Assembly (NCBI RefSeq): GCF_032191835.1
Contig: NC_083239.1
Coordinates: 56,854,001 to 56,918,000, forward strand
DNA length: 64,000 nt
Direction of reading: 5' to 3'
From: Heteronotia binoei
Taxonomy: Eukaryota
Below are positions 1 through 12,303 of the stretch, piece by piece. Below the pieces are notes generated by a model, which was not told where the DNA came from, did not search any database, and was given only the letters and a program-made list of their open reading frames with translations. The number at the start of each line of letters is the position of its first letter. The first letter of the stretch is position 1. The translations under genes were made by a program, and so were the position numbers.

Positions 1-21
1 CCCAGCAGGGCAACACACGAG

Positions 22-29
22 AAGGATAT
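22..29 (-). other. U12-type (minor spliceosome) AT-AC intron 5' splice site in ZC3H4
   Basis: The minus strand reads ...TAC ATG CAT G|ATATCCTTC. The exon ends exactly where human CPYMH-G continues, no GT donor fits, and ATATCCTT is the U12 donor consensus. Confidence 0.85.
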
Positions 30-3000
30 CATGCATGTAGGGACAGTTTTCTGCTCTGGCACAGTAGCCTGTGATGTAGAACTTGCACAACTCCCGCTTC
101 TTTGGGAGCTCAATGTCATGGCTGAAGTTGCAGTGTTCCCCCTGGGCAGAAAAGCAGAGAGATACAGTGAGCCCCCAAAGACAGCGGGATCTCTCCACCT
201 CTCCTGGCAGCCTGGGTAGGCGAGCGGCTGCGTGGCCTTGTGCGGCTCCTCTCAGCGAGCAGAGAACAAGCAGGAAAGCAGCAACTGTGCCCTGAAAAAG
301 GGAGGCTGCTGTGGAAACAACAGAACACAGTACAATCCTGCCCTCGAGTTATGCACATGGAACGCACCTCTAGGACCACTAACGTGTCCCCTTATACCAG
401 TGGAACCCACCCTTCTGCTGAGAGAGATCTGGCCAGTCGTATCTGCAGGACGCTCCAGGCACAAGGGAGAAAAGTGGTCAGAAACAGAAGCCTTGCGGCA
501 GAGGGGGGACCCTGCGCATGTCACTTAGAGAGTGACGAGGGCGAAAAGGCACTCTGCGTGTCCTCATGAGTGTCCTGCTGCTCCGGCTTGTCTCCTCAGA
601 ACCACCCTCCTCAGCTCACAACTGGGCACAAGCCCCCTGAGAGACCCCCCAAGCACAGCTCTGCCCGCCCCCCGGCATTGTTTTGTTTTATCCTTTGCAG
701 CTGGGAGAGCCAAGGACGGAGGCTGCACACAAAGGAGCCCAGAGGACAAGGCTGCTCCGCCCCCTCTGCCTCTCCTTACCCAGGTGCATCTGCCTTCCAC
801 AAAGTATTTGCAGATGACTTTGCCTTTCTTGTCCGACTGCTGATGAGACTTCTCATGGTCGCCACGCCTGTAATTCCCGCCTCCATCCTGTGGGAAGTGC
901 AAGAGGACGCAGAAATGAGGGCGGTGCCTGAGCCGAGTCTGCACAGCCATGGCGGGGGGACCCCTTTGCCAAGAGAGCCACTCACCCCCAGGTCTTCATC
1001 GTAGTAGTCATCATCTTCGTTCATCCCTCCTCCTTTGCCTGTACCCCCTCTGCCACGCCCTCGTCCCCGGCCCATCCCCTTGCCTCGCCCTCTGGAGCCA
1101 CGGCCACGGCCACGGCCCAGTCCTGAAACGACACCAATGAGATCATTCCCTTCCTTCCCCAAGAGATTACAAATTCAGCTGCAAGACAACCCAAGCCAGC
1201 AGAGGCAGCCCAGCCACAGACCCTGCAAGAAGGGCCCCGAGGCCTGGATGTCGGCTGGCTCTCCTGCCAGGGAGACGCCTCTCTTGCTTCTTACGCGTGG
1301 CCGACCCCACCAGGCACGTACCTCGCCCCCTTCCGTCCTTGCTCCTGCGGTACTGGCTCAGCTCCTTGGAGTAGTCGTCATAGTCCTCCTCCCCTCCCGG
1401 CTCTTCTCCTTCGCAGTACTGCAAGGCAGGAAGGGGAGAGGTCAGCACCGGGAGGTTGGGCCCGCCACTGGGAAGTCCCTGCCCCAGCCTGCGTGCACCT
1501 CACCTCCATTTCCTCCTCGTACATTTCTTCCTCGTCCTCAGGATGATCTCCCCGTCCCCTGCCCCGTCCACCTCTGCCCATGCCTCGCCCTCTCGTTCCT
1601 CCTCTGCTGCCACGGCCACGGTACCCTCGGCCACGGCCACGGCCCCCTGCGGGCACAAACAACACACTGTTAGTCGGCACTCATCTGACTCCAGCCCCAA
1701 GTCACCGTAAAGTCTCTCTAACAGGAAAAGACAAGCACAAAAAGCATTTTGCATCTCATTTCTCCTCCTGGGAACAGCCAAATTCTCCTGCAGCAGCACA
1801 AGGGACACTGACCGCACAGCCCGCTCCTGCCCAGTCCGTCTGAGTTTTAGGAACTGGCAGATGTGAATCCGCTCTTCCGCTAAGGGAAAGCAAGCAGCAG
1901 AAGCAACAGGCCCCAGGCTCTACAGGGAGCAGAAGGCAGCCACAAAGTCCCACCACTCCCAGGCTGACTGGCCTCCAAAACAAACCCGCAGAGAGTAACT
2001 CTCTTGGCCCAAAGGGGCAACTGGCAAAGTCCTCACTGGTGAGGAACAGAAGCCGAAATAAACACCAGATTACATGTCCTGACTGCTGTGTTTGTGCTCA
2101 GTCTGCTGGCGTCTCCTTCTGAGAGTCTGCAGTCACACCCGAGGCGTCAAAATACTTCTCCCCTTCCTCCCCACACCCCCAAAAAGAGGCCGCCATACCT
2201 CGGCCCCGATGCGTCCCTCCTTCCTTGGCCATCCGGTACTGGTTCAGCTCCTTGGCGAAGTCGTCATAATCTTCTTTCCCCCCATCTTCATCCTCCTCTC
2301 CCTCATATTCACAATACCCCTCGTTCTCATAATCCTCATAGGGGGGGTAACTCTTGCTTTCCATTTTGGAATACCCCTTCTTTGGGGCGCCATGAGAAGA
2401 GGAATACTGCGGGTGGGACTGAAGACAGAAATGCCAACGGTTAGGAAGGAAGGAAGGACCCGTGGCACACCTCCTGTGCACCCGCCAGACCCACTGCCTT
2501 CCTCTCCCCCGTCCCCCTCTCTGCACAGCCAGCAACAGTGGAGGCAGCCCTGATGAGGAAGGACGGCCTCTCTCTCTCTGCCAGCAACTTCCCTTCTCCT
2601 GGCCCAGCCTCTCCAGCCCAGAGGCCTTGGCCCGACAGGGACTGCGTGAGCCACAGCTACACCACCAGGCATCCCTGCAGGGTGCGGCCTTCATCCCCCT
2701 TCACTTACGGAGGAGTAGGGAGGGCTGTAATCCCGATACTTCCGGTGCCCCTTCTCGCTAGGGCTGAAGTCTGAATCCTCGCTGTAGTCGGAGAACTCTT
2801 CACTCGAGGAGGCATGGCGCTGCAGGGAAGGACACAGGTGTTACCGAATGCTACGTATTTCCTTTATTAGCCCAGCACAGGACTCCCTGCCTAGGTGGGA
2901 ATTCCATCCCTCTGAATGCAGCAGCCAAGAAAGCAGCTACCAGCCCTCAGTGCTTGAAGAGGAGGGCGAGGAGTTTCCCAAAGTACCAAACACAATGGGA

Positions 3001-3784
3001 GACATGGCTGCCAGAATAAGAGCCTTTAACAGCTTCGTCTGTGATTTTACACATCAGACTTCCAGGTTTTCTACAGGCAGGTCTGAAAATCATCTGTGCC
3101 TTTCCCAAAGGGAACAATACTCTCTACTTAAGAGCCATGCTCTCCCTCCTAGTCACCCTTTTAGCTTTCTGTCCGTTGTCCCTCATTTAAATGCTTCCAC
3201 CTTCTCTGCTACACGCACAACTCCGCAACGAGGCTTCCATCTGCACTGCTTTGCCAGGGTTTCACCCCAACCTGTGCCTGGCCCTGTCCTCCTTCCAGCA
3301 GACTTGGGCAAGCAAGAGGGGAGGGGAGGGGAGGGGAGAGGAGGAGCTGGACACAGGTCCATTCCAGGCTCCTCAAGCCCACCTTGTGCCGGGATTTCCT
3401 TTTCTTCTTCGACCTTCGCTTCTCCTTCTCTCGCTCTTTCCGCCGCTTCCTCTTCCTCCGGTGGGGCTTCTCTTCATCTGAGTCACTGTGATGCTTCTCA
3501 TTTTTCTCTTTCCGACTCCTTTCCCGTGTCTCCGAAACACTGTGGGGCTCCTCGCCCCCATCATCTTCCAGCTCCCCTTCTTCCAGCTCCCCATCCTCCC
3601 TGAAGAAACACAAAGTCAGAATCAGCAAGTACAGCAAAGGGACTGTCCCCTGAAAACCCAGCTGCATTCCACATGCCACAGCTGGAACGGTCCATTCAGC
3701 CCCCACTGCCCCTACCCTGCACGGGACACGCTCCACAGAGAGCAAGCTGGAGGCCACTAAGGACGTGTTCTAAGATGGCATGCG

Positions 3785-3826
<42 letters not shown>

Positions 3827-6800
3827 TATGTCCCCCACAACAGGTTCTCATTTGTTCACGGCTGGAAAATTGGAAGTTCTCCCTGCTAAATAGAAAGTAA
3901 AATATGGTAGTATTTCAAGTGGTTCTAAAGAGAAATGGATGTTGACTTTAATGACCTTTTGGCAGCTTCTACATGTCAATGAGCTTTACAGCAACCCCGC
4001 TCCCCCAAGAGCGTGGCTCAAACAGTCCCTCAGGGCCCCCACCTGGAGTTGCAGTGGACACATCAATTCATCTCCTCACCCCAAGAAAGAAAAACCAATG
4101 GTCTCCCTGGTAGTCCCAAGAAGGAAAATAATTTAGTGAGAAGGCACTGCACTCTTCCTTCAGTTTTCTTATTGATAACAAAACTAGCTGTTAATTGAAA
4201 AGCCCTGGAGAGTTCCTGGTCTGCACAGGGCAGGTGACATCTTTGCACAAGAAGGCTGGGACAATGCGCTCAGAACTCACATTCAGAATTTCTCTCTGCA
4301 TTGGAAAATGTATATATACTTTAATATGTTAAATTTATCAACAGACCTTCCTGGTGGAACCACACTCAGGCCAGTGTGTAACACAGGCCTATCAACACAT
4401 CCACAAAACAAGTGGGATTTAAACAAGACAATACATGATAATTTAGTACTTGTCTTCATTGGCTACAGATGATGCTAAAATCCTAGCAGCCCTGCTGTAT
4501 TGTAGGGAATAGGAAAGGAGAGTGGCAAGGTGGAACTGCCAGAGTCCTCAACCAAATGTCTGGGGGAGCATCTCTGCCTTGCATGCCCTGCAGAACTGTG
4601 AAATGCCCCACAGGACATGGACGTTATAAGGCAGAGAGTTCCACCAGGTTGGAGCCAGGGCAGAGAAGGCTCTGGCTGGGAACAGCTGGATGTCTCTTGG
4701 GCCACCAATAAGTTCTGATCTTTAGAGGGTAACACTCTTCTGGGGGTATACCAGGAGAAGTGGTCCTGGCTGCACCTGTGCTGTCCAGCAGGCAATCGCT
4801 TGCACCCTTCACCAGGAAGGACAGTGCACCACACACAGTCCCTCCTCCCTTCTCTAACCCGTCCACCCAACTGTGGAAACGCCAAAAGATTTCTCAGAGA
4901 CTGCTGACCCCACTACGGCAGAAGGTCCACGGAAGCCCCTAGCTGCCTGATTCCTTCTCGCTGTGCACTGAACTTCTATGTTGACTCTCCAGGCTAGTTG
5001 TGGTTTTGCTGGTTAAACCAGTATCTTAGCAGACTACAAAACCAAAACCATGCAAAGCACGTAACAGCAGCAGCGAATGGAGAACTTCTGGAGATCCTGA
5101 GGCCGCGGGGCAAACACACAACTTGTTCGGCAGTGGGAAGGGAGAGAATGTAGACGTTTTGGGGAAAAAATCAAATTTTCTCTCATCAGATCTAAATTTA
5201 TTTAGTTCCCTAAACTGCAAGATGTAAGTAAACACATACTGCTGTACTGTTTATGAACACCACAAACAAAGATGTTTTGGTTTTGTTCAACCGAGAACTA
5301 CCAACATACTCCCATGTTAGCAAGAGCCCTGACCTCCGGTTACCTAAGAGTTAAAAGGGGAATCCACACAAAGGAAGTTTTGACTAACAGCACCAATGCC
5401 CAGGGCTGAAGAACCTGCTTGGCTGAGCCCAGGGCGGGCTGGCGTCATGGGCTACCATCCCTCCCGCCCTCCCTCTTCCAATGACTTCCGGCTCACTGAA
5501 AACAACCAGCGTCTCCACCCACCCTCACAGATCGCAGCGCTAAGGAAGGGCTGTGCGTGAACTGAAGCAAAAGTCTACAACAATATGAATATCTCCAGCT
5601 GAGCATTGAGAAGGCCACAATAACGGGGGGGGGGGGGGGACAGCCACTTAAAATTCGCACGGTGTCAGCGTGGCGTTTAAAAGGCCACTATCTCAAGTTT
5701 CCTTCTTTAATTTGTTTCTGGAAGGTCAATAGTTCCTGTTTCAGAACCTTAGTTGTATCACCAGGGACTTTTATGATTCTATGACTTCAGAGCAAGGGTG
5801 CCAAACATGCAGCCCAGAGGCCAAATCAGGCCCTCGGAGGCCTCCTATCAGGCCCCTGAACAACTGGCTGTCATCTGCTTCCTTCTCCCTCTCTCTTGCT
5901 TCCTTCTGCATCACAGCTTGCTTTGCAAAGCTTGCTCAATTGCACAGGAGCTACAGAGCAAAACCTCTATTTTCTCCATCGGCTGAGGCTCCTCCCTTGG
6001 GGAGGAAGAGGGGAAGCAGAGCTTGCTTTGCCAGGCTCTTTCAATCGCACAGCAGAGCTACTGAGCCAAGCCTCTCTTCCTTCTATTGGCTGAGGCTCCT
6101 CCCCCTCCTCGTCCCCTGGAGAAGGAGGGAAGGAAGCCAGAGCTTCCTTTGCCCAGTTCCCTGGATCCCAGGGGAGAGATACAAAGAAAGCACCTTTAAG
6201 CCCAATGAGTGAGAATGTTTTGATTGTTTTTAAAGTTTTTTTTTTAAATTGTGTTTGTCTGTGCCCTTTATAAAGTTTATATCTCTGCTACCTAATCATA
6301 AATAGTCACACACAAAGCCCGGCCCAACAAAGTCTCATTTATGTCAGATCCGTCCCTCATAACAAATGAGTTTGACACCCTGGCTTTAGAGAACCGACGG
6401 TCCTCATAGCTTAAAACAAACCATGAGTTCATTTCTACATACAGACCACTTTCTTTTGCATGGGACAGGATGAGAAAATCTATGTCAAGCATGAGGATCT
6501 CGGATATCTACCTGCCTGAAGTATACAAGACCTGGAATTACCCAATACACAGCTGAGTATACAGTTATTAGAAATGCTTCTGGAGGAGTCAAAATAAGTA
6601 CTTTAAAACCTCGCCTTGAAAAGTTAACATAAGTGATTAAGTTCATAAGTGATTAACCCTCCCCCCCCCAAAAAAAGGAGGGAGGGAGAAAGGGATGAAT
6701 GTTGCCCCCCTCCCCGGTCTGTGCATCTCTTAAGGAGGACCTGAGAGCTCTTGGGAAAGGATTCTGCTCCACGATGGGCACACCTGAAGTCCCACCCAGG

Positions 6801-9800
6801 CGTACTTGGCTTCCGCTCTGTCAAGAGAGCTCCTGCCTCAGACAGAAGCACAGACCGGCACAGCAGGACAGACCCCATGGAAGCTCAGCACAGCGCACAG
6901 GTAATGTGGTGCCAAGCCATCAGGGTCCGCCTTTGCGGTCTCCACACTCGTCTCTTGGGCACTGGATATTGGAAAGGAGCCTCCCAATCCTTCTGAAGCT
7001 GTTTCAAAGAAACCACCTTTGCCTGCCTAGACTACAACAATCAGCTTTTGGCTTGAGAACCGAGACTACCCTGCCCAGTGCTGCTTCCTGAAGATCTTCC
7101 TTCGAAGGACGAACTACCTGCAGCAGACGTTCCGGCCAGTATTAACCTTTAAGAGTACTTTGGAGAGAGCCATCAGCATGCCTGCAGGTGGCACAAGCTG
7201 AAGGATTCTCTGCCACTAGACTAGACAGAGGACAGCTTCTCTGAGGTGCAGAGAAAGGAAGAAAAACATAGGGACGGGTGACAGGTTACCTGCCTCTCAC
7301 CTCTACAGAGTCTTCGACACCCCTCCCCTCTGCACACAGCCTGAACCTCACGCAAAGTGCTTGGGAGGTCAGCAGCCGCTCCCCAGAGAGAGAGGTGTTT
7401 TGCTCCCTGGACACCAGCGACTTCCTTCCAAAGAGCCCTCCAGTCCAGGGCGTTCCCTGCCATTCCAGAGCAAGCTGCTTCCTATTACTCAGGACACAAC
7501 ATTTGCCTTTCTCTTGTGATCTGAGGAAAGCATCCTCAGTGGCACCACCTTCTATGACAGCTGTTTGCACATCAGGCAGGGCACAGGCTGCCGCATAAGA
7601 AAAACTGCAGGGAAGAAGAAGAAGATTGCAGATTTATACCCCACCCTTCTCTCTGAATCAGAGACTCAGAGCGGCTTACAATCTCCTATGTCTTCTCCCC
7701 CTCACAACAGGCACCCTGTGAGGTGGGTGGGGCTGAGAGGGCTCTCCCAGCAGCTGCCCTTTCAAGGACAGAGTCTCAGAGCGGATTACAATCTCCTTCC
7801 CCTTCCTCCTCCACAACGGACACCCTGTGAGGTGGGTGGGGCTGAGGGAGTGACTGCCTACATGGTTCACAATGCTTCCACCTGGCAAGGGGGCAAAAGC
7901 AGTTCTTCCTAATCAGAACCAAATCTGGTTGTGCAATTTTCTAGCACAGTCTGCTCTATCATCTCAAGTGAAAAAGCACCTCTCGTAACCCCTACAAATG
8001 ACTGCTTTGGAGAGAGGGAGTTTGAACAGCTCAAAGCCTGTGAGACAGAAAAGGTAACTATGAATCCCAGAGGGGCAGCGCCTCCTTGCCTCTCCCACGC
8101 ACCCTGCTCTGGGAGCACTGGCTCACCACCTAGTACCTCCACTGGGGCACAAACACAAATGGTGACCCTGCACGACACCTGGAGGGTGTTAGTGCACAAC
8201 GCCTTGAGAGCTCCACTGGAGATGCATTTGCTGCCACCTGACTGTCAAACTGAAAACATCAAGGTGATCTAAAACTCAGGCACGGATAGAAAAAAGGATG
8301 GATTAAGGATGTGTGGAAAGTGATTAACCAGCAAGTCTGAGTAAAATTATTATTACTGAATGTGACCAGGCTCTGACAGCTCCATAGTTCCCCCTGGCTA
8401 AGAGAGAGCCAAGCAGCGGAGTTGCCCTGTGGCTTTGGGGTTTTCAGAGGGGAACGACGCTGGGAGAAATAGCACAGCTGGCCCACCACAGCTCTCAAGA
8501 GACTAGCCACAGTTGGCAGCCCCGTTCCCCCCTCTGTAGAATGCTGGGCGCTGTGGAAAACACTGTCTCACAGTCACCCCTGTGACTTCACAGAGCACAT
8601 CACTAGAACCTCTGCTGAGGCGGAAGGGCAGAAGCCTCTCGAAGGAGACAGGAAAACTGGGAAGGGCACCAGAAGGCGGCAAAGGGCAAGGCTGACAAGG
8701 CTCTGGAGCAGAGGCTTATGGGGAAGAGAAGGAGGAACTCCTCCCTCCCCCACACATACCACAATGGAGTCAAAGAAGAACAGTGCCAAGGCCCCAGACT
8801 GAACACCAGCAAAGAAGCAGGACTGTTCCTCGGGGTTCTGCCTTGCTGGACGGAGCATTCAGAGAAAGGAAGCTCCTGAGTTACTGACAGCGTACACGAA
8901 CTCTGAGGAGAATGAGCTCCCTCTTCCTGCTTTCTGCGTCACACTTGACAAACAACCGCCAGCCCTTTCACATGAACAATCGCGATGGAAGCCTCTGCTA
9001 CCCCCTGATGGTGGTGGAAGAAAACATCCAGGGAAAGACACATGAATCTCTGAACTATTTACAACCGAGCGAGAAATAAGGCAAGGAGTGTTTTGTCCTT
9101 GTCGTCTTCCTGCATCCCGCCAGGGAACAGGTCCCAAATGGCAGCTTTGAGACAGACACTGGCACCGGCTGCTGGGCCCCTAGGAAGCCCCAAGCTCTCC
9201 TGCCCAGGCCCACAGCACTCTGGGGCAGAGAACACACCGTTGTTACGACCTAACAAATGAAGAAAAACCAACAAGCTGTGAGAGGAACACTAGCTCACTG
9301 AAGTGAGGAGCAGGGTGCTGGATTTGCACTGTACTAGGAAACCAGCACATCCGCTCAAGTGATAATCTCCAGGACTGAAACTCACGGCCAATGATGCTTC
9401 GTAACGTCTCAATAAGCACATATTTGTACAGCCAACAAAAGCACTTTCTGCAAATGTCCCGCCAGAGACTCCTTTGGGTTAGTAGAACTGCTAACTAACA
9501 AAGTGGTCAACAGCCCCGCCAGAGGCTTGAGAATGCCAGACAGCCTTCTCCCGAAGACAGCCCTTGCAACCTGCCATTCAGCTCCGGGTCTCTCTCTCCT
9601 GCAGGTAATGCTGCAATCGTAGGCATGCTTGCTGACTTCTGCACAGGGCTGGGCCAGAATCTCCCACCTGTACGAGACCCTGAATCTGGTATTCCCTTCT
9701 GCAGCAGGTGTGACGCCTTTCTGGGAGATTTCCATTACAGGGTTGTTCATGGGTTGTGTTTGCCATCCTTTCCTTAAGGAGGAGGCATCTGGATTGTCAG

Positions 9801-12103
9801 GAGGCCAACACCAAAAGCCCCCTCCCCATGAAGCTCCCTAAGTGGCCTACCCCACTTTCATTTGGGAAAACCTGCAATAACTGCTGGAACACCTGACACA
9901 AATCCAAAATTCAACACAGGAAGTTGCTACTGAGCGACAGAAAACTGGGGAACACACAGAAGGCAGCAAAGGCCACAGGACCCCCCCCCCCAACACAATG
10001 ACTTTCTTCTGCTTCGACTGGAAGCAGAGCCCTGCTGGTTCAGATCAAGTCCAGCTCTCAATCCACACAGCAGCCAACCAGTCACCCTGGAGGGCCAAGA
10101 AAGAGGGCTCGGAGGGCAAGGCCTTCCCCCTGATGCTACCTCCTAGCTCTGGGTTTACTCACCAAGCTCCTACTCGCCTCTTTGCTTTGGGGGTCACGCA
10201 GAGAAGGTTCATCGGGGACAACCCTCAGCAGCCCATCAGCCACCATGCGAGGGTCTGCTGCTACCCTCCCCATTTCCAGGCAACTTCAACTGCACACATC
10301 TACTGCCTCGCCAACTGGGGCAGGCAGATATCTTAAGCAAACCAGTACTTTAAAGGGACACATCCAAAGCTGCGGGCTTCCTTTCCACAAAAGAATTAAA
10401 ATGTGATCAAGCGTTCTAAGGACTGTCTTTAAATCACCAGCTCCTGAAGTAACGGGAGCTCTTCCCAAGCCATGCTGGGGTCCTGCTGCTGCGTCATGAT
10501 AGTCTAAGCTGACGGCGCTCACCCAGGGACTCCTGTGCCGGAGCGCACAGGGGACAGGACTGCCCGGAAGGAGTGGGGAATTCGGCAGGTGCTGCTTGCC
10601 AGAGCCATCGGGCAAGTCGGGAGGGGTGGTGGTGGTTTGCATGCCACCCTTCTCCCTTTCAGCAAAACTAACCCGGGCTCAAGATGATCTTCAGCACGGC
10701 CTCAGACGACCCAAGCCCAGCCAAAGAGGGTCCTCTCTTGGGAACCTGATTTCTGGCATTTCTGGGTTTGTACCAAACAGGCCCCAGGCCTGTGATGACA
10801 CGAAAGGCTCAAGCAGCCTGCTCTCTTTTGTGAAACATTAAACAAGTTCTCTACATCATCACCCTGTGCCTCCCCCCCCTCCAACTTTCCAGCCGCATTT
10901 TTTGTCATTAAGCACTGGAAACAAAGGGCTCCAGGCTGCCGGAGGCCACGAGGCCTAGATCATCATGTCAGCAAATCTCACTGGGCACTTGTCCGGTTTA
11001 CAGACTGCTGACAGGATTATCAAAACAATGCATGCCAACGGGCTTTGAGCAGAGACTAATCATTGAAGGAATTTGGAAAGATCAAATCGCAGCGGCAAGA
11101 GGGGATCCCACATCCGAGCAACGTCAAGAACACCTTTGTTCAAAACAGCAGCAGCAGCAGCAGCACAACCCCTCCGCGAGACTTGTGTGCCTCGGTCGGG
11201 GCATCAACAGGGACTGGGTGCCAGGCCCATCAGCAGGAGCAGCTTGTGGTCTGCCAGGGCTACAAGCATCTTGGCGAGATGCCCGAGTTGATTCTGGCCC
11301 CCCGAGCTGCAGACTCCCAGCTGAAGCACAGCAGTCAACCCACACAGCAAAAGGCTGGACAATCAAGAGACGTTTCTGATATAAGCAACGCATAGGAGTA
11401 AAAGTGTCCGTAAGTCTGAAAAAGCCGTTCTGAAAGTTTGATCATCCCCCCCTCCCCCCAATATAGGAATTTCCATTTTCCTCCAAGGCATTGCTCCTTG
11501 CTGGGTCAGCCAGGCACACATTTGCATCCTGGGAGCGAAGGGGAGCCTAAGAGGAATCCGCCGAGGCAGTGTGATTTTTGTCCCCTTCGAATGGCAGCTC
11601 CTGCAGCAGGGCACATGTTGGCGGAGGAGAGGGCCGCGCTGGGGGCAAGGCCCGTTTCCCGCACATGTGGTTGGGCTCAGGTGCTTGCACTGTACAGTAC
11701 TGTGGGGGGCGGGTGGTGTGTCACACTCGGGGCGCTAGGCCGGGGCGCTCTGGGGGGCGGGGGGGGCGTGCTTGGGTGAACTTGCTCCTGCGGAGGCACG
11801 AGGGGAAACCGAACGCGTCAATAAAAGAGGCTACTTACCAGCCCACCCTGCACCAGACAGACAGACAGACGGGCGGGGGGGGGGCGGGGTGGGCGGGCCC
11901 TGGGCGCTCCCTCCCCCCCCACTTACCTGCCCTCCCCTCCCCTCCCCCCCCCAGAGGCAGCCACCGGACCTTTCTTCCGGGCCTGGGCCGGGCGCGTCGC
12001 GCGGGCGGAGGTGGGGCGGGGGGGGGCTGGCGGGGGGGCTGGCGCGGGGGGGGCTGCCGCTGCTGCTGCCGGGCGGGGCCAGGCTCGGGCTCTCCACGGC
12101 CAT
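30..12103 (-). CDS. ZC3H4: Zinc finger CCCH domain-containing protein 4 (Restrictor subunit), 5' part; coding exons 12103-11970, 3599-3383, 2819-2709, 2418-2199, 1646-1504, 1418-1322, 1122-986, 887-780, 141-30; continues beyond the left edge
   Basis: The joined exons keep frame and give MAVESPS...PEER|[14 protein letters not shown]...HSDSDEEK...RHASSS...[12 protein letters not shown]...RG repeats...[16 protein letters not shown]|[37 protein letters not shown], matching recalled human ZC3H4. All acceptors are AG and all donors GT except the last (ATATCCTT). The first-exon donor at 11970 is weak and was chosen by homology (PEER|EDG versus human PDDR|EDG). Confidence 0.95.
3787..3824. repeat. 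(CA)n microsatellite
   Basis: Perfect CA run of about 19 units. Confidence 0.97.
5793..6383. mobile_element. Non-autonomous hAT-type DNA transposon (MITE), about 590 bp
   Basis: 14-bp imperfect TIRs CAAGGGTGCCAAAC / GTTTGACACCCTGG and 8-bp flanks CTTCAGAG / CTTTAGAG (7/8 TSD). Two related copies lie at 42.55-43.09 kb and 50.81-51.42 kb. Confidence 0.8.
7612..7850 (-). mobile_element. 5'-truncated squamate SINE (Squam3-like) with a partial tail duplication
   Basis: (GAA)n tail followed by the same body as the copies at 47.2, 60.0, 62.0 and 63.1 kb (...acaccctgtgaggtgggtggggctgagagggctctc...). The family name is from memory. Confidence 0.8.
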
Positions 12104-12303
12104 CGGGGACGGGGCCGGGCCGGGACGGGGCGCTCCGAGGCTGCACCACACAAAATGGCGCCCGCTCCTCGCTCTCCCGGCCGGCCACGCCCGAGCCCGC
12201 CCGCCCGCCCCGCCGGAAACGCCCGAGCCCGCGCGGAAAGGGCCGAGCGCGCCCCAGAGGGAGAGCGCCTGCGCGTGACGTCAGGGCGCGAGGCGGGGCC
12301 ATC
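12104..12303. promoter_or_regulatory. Compact bidirectional CpG promoter shared by ZC3H4 and SAE1
   Basis: Exactly 200 bp between the two divergent ATGs. It contains YY1 AAAATGGCG (12152-12160), NRF1 GCGCCTGCGC (12265-12274), palindromic CRE TGACGTCA (12276-12283) and a GC box (12291-12299). Confidence 0.85.
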
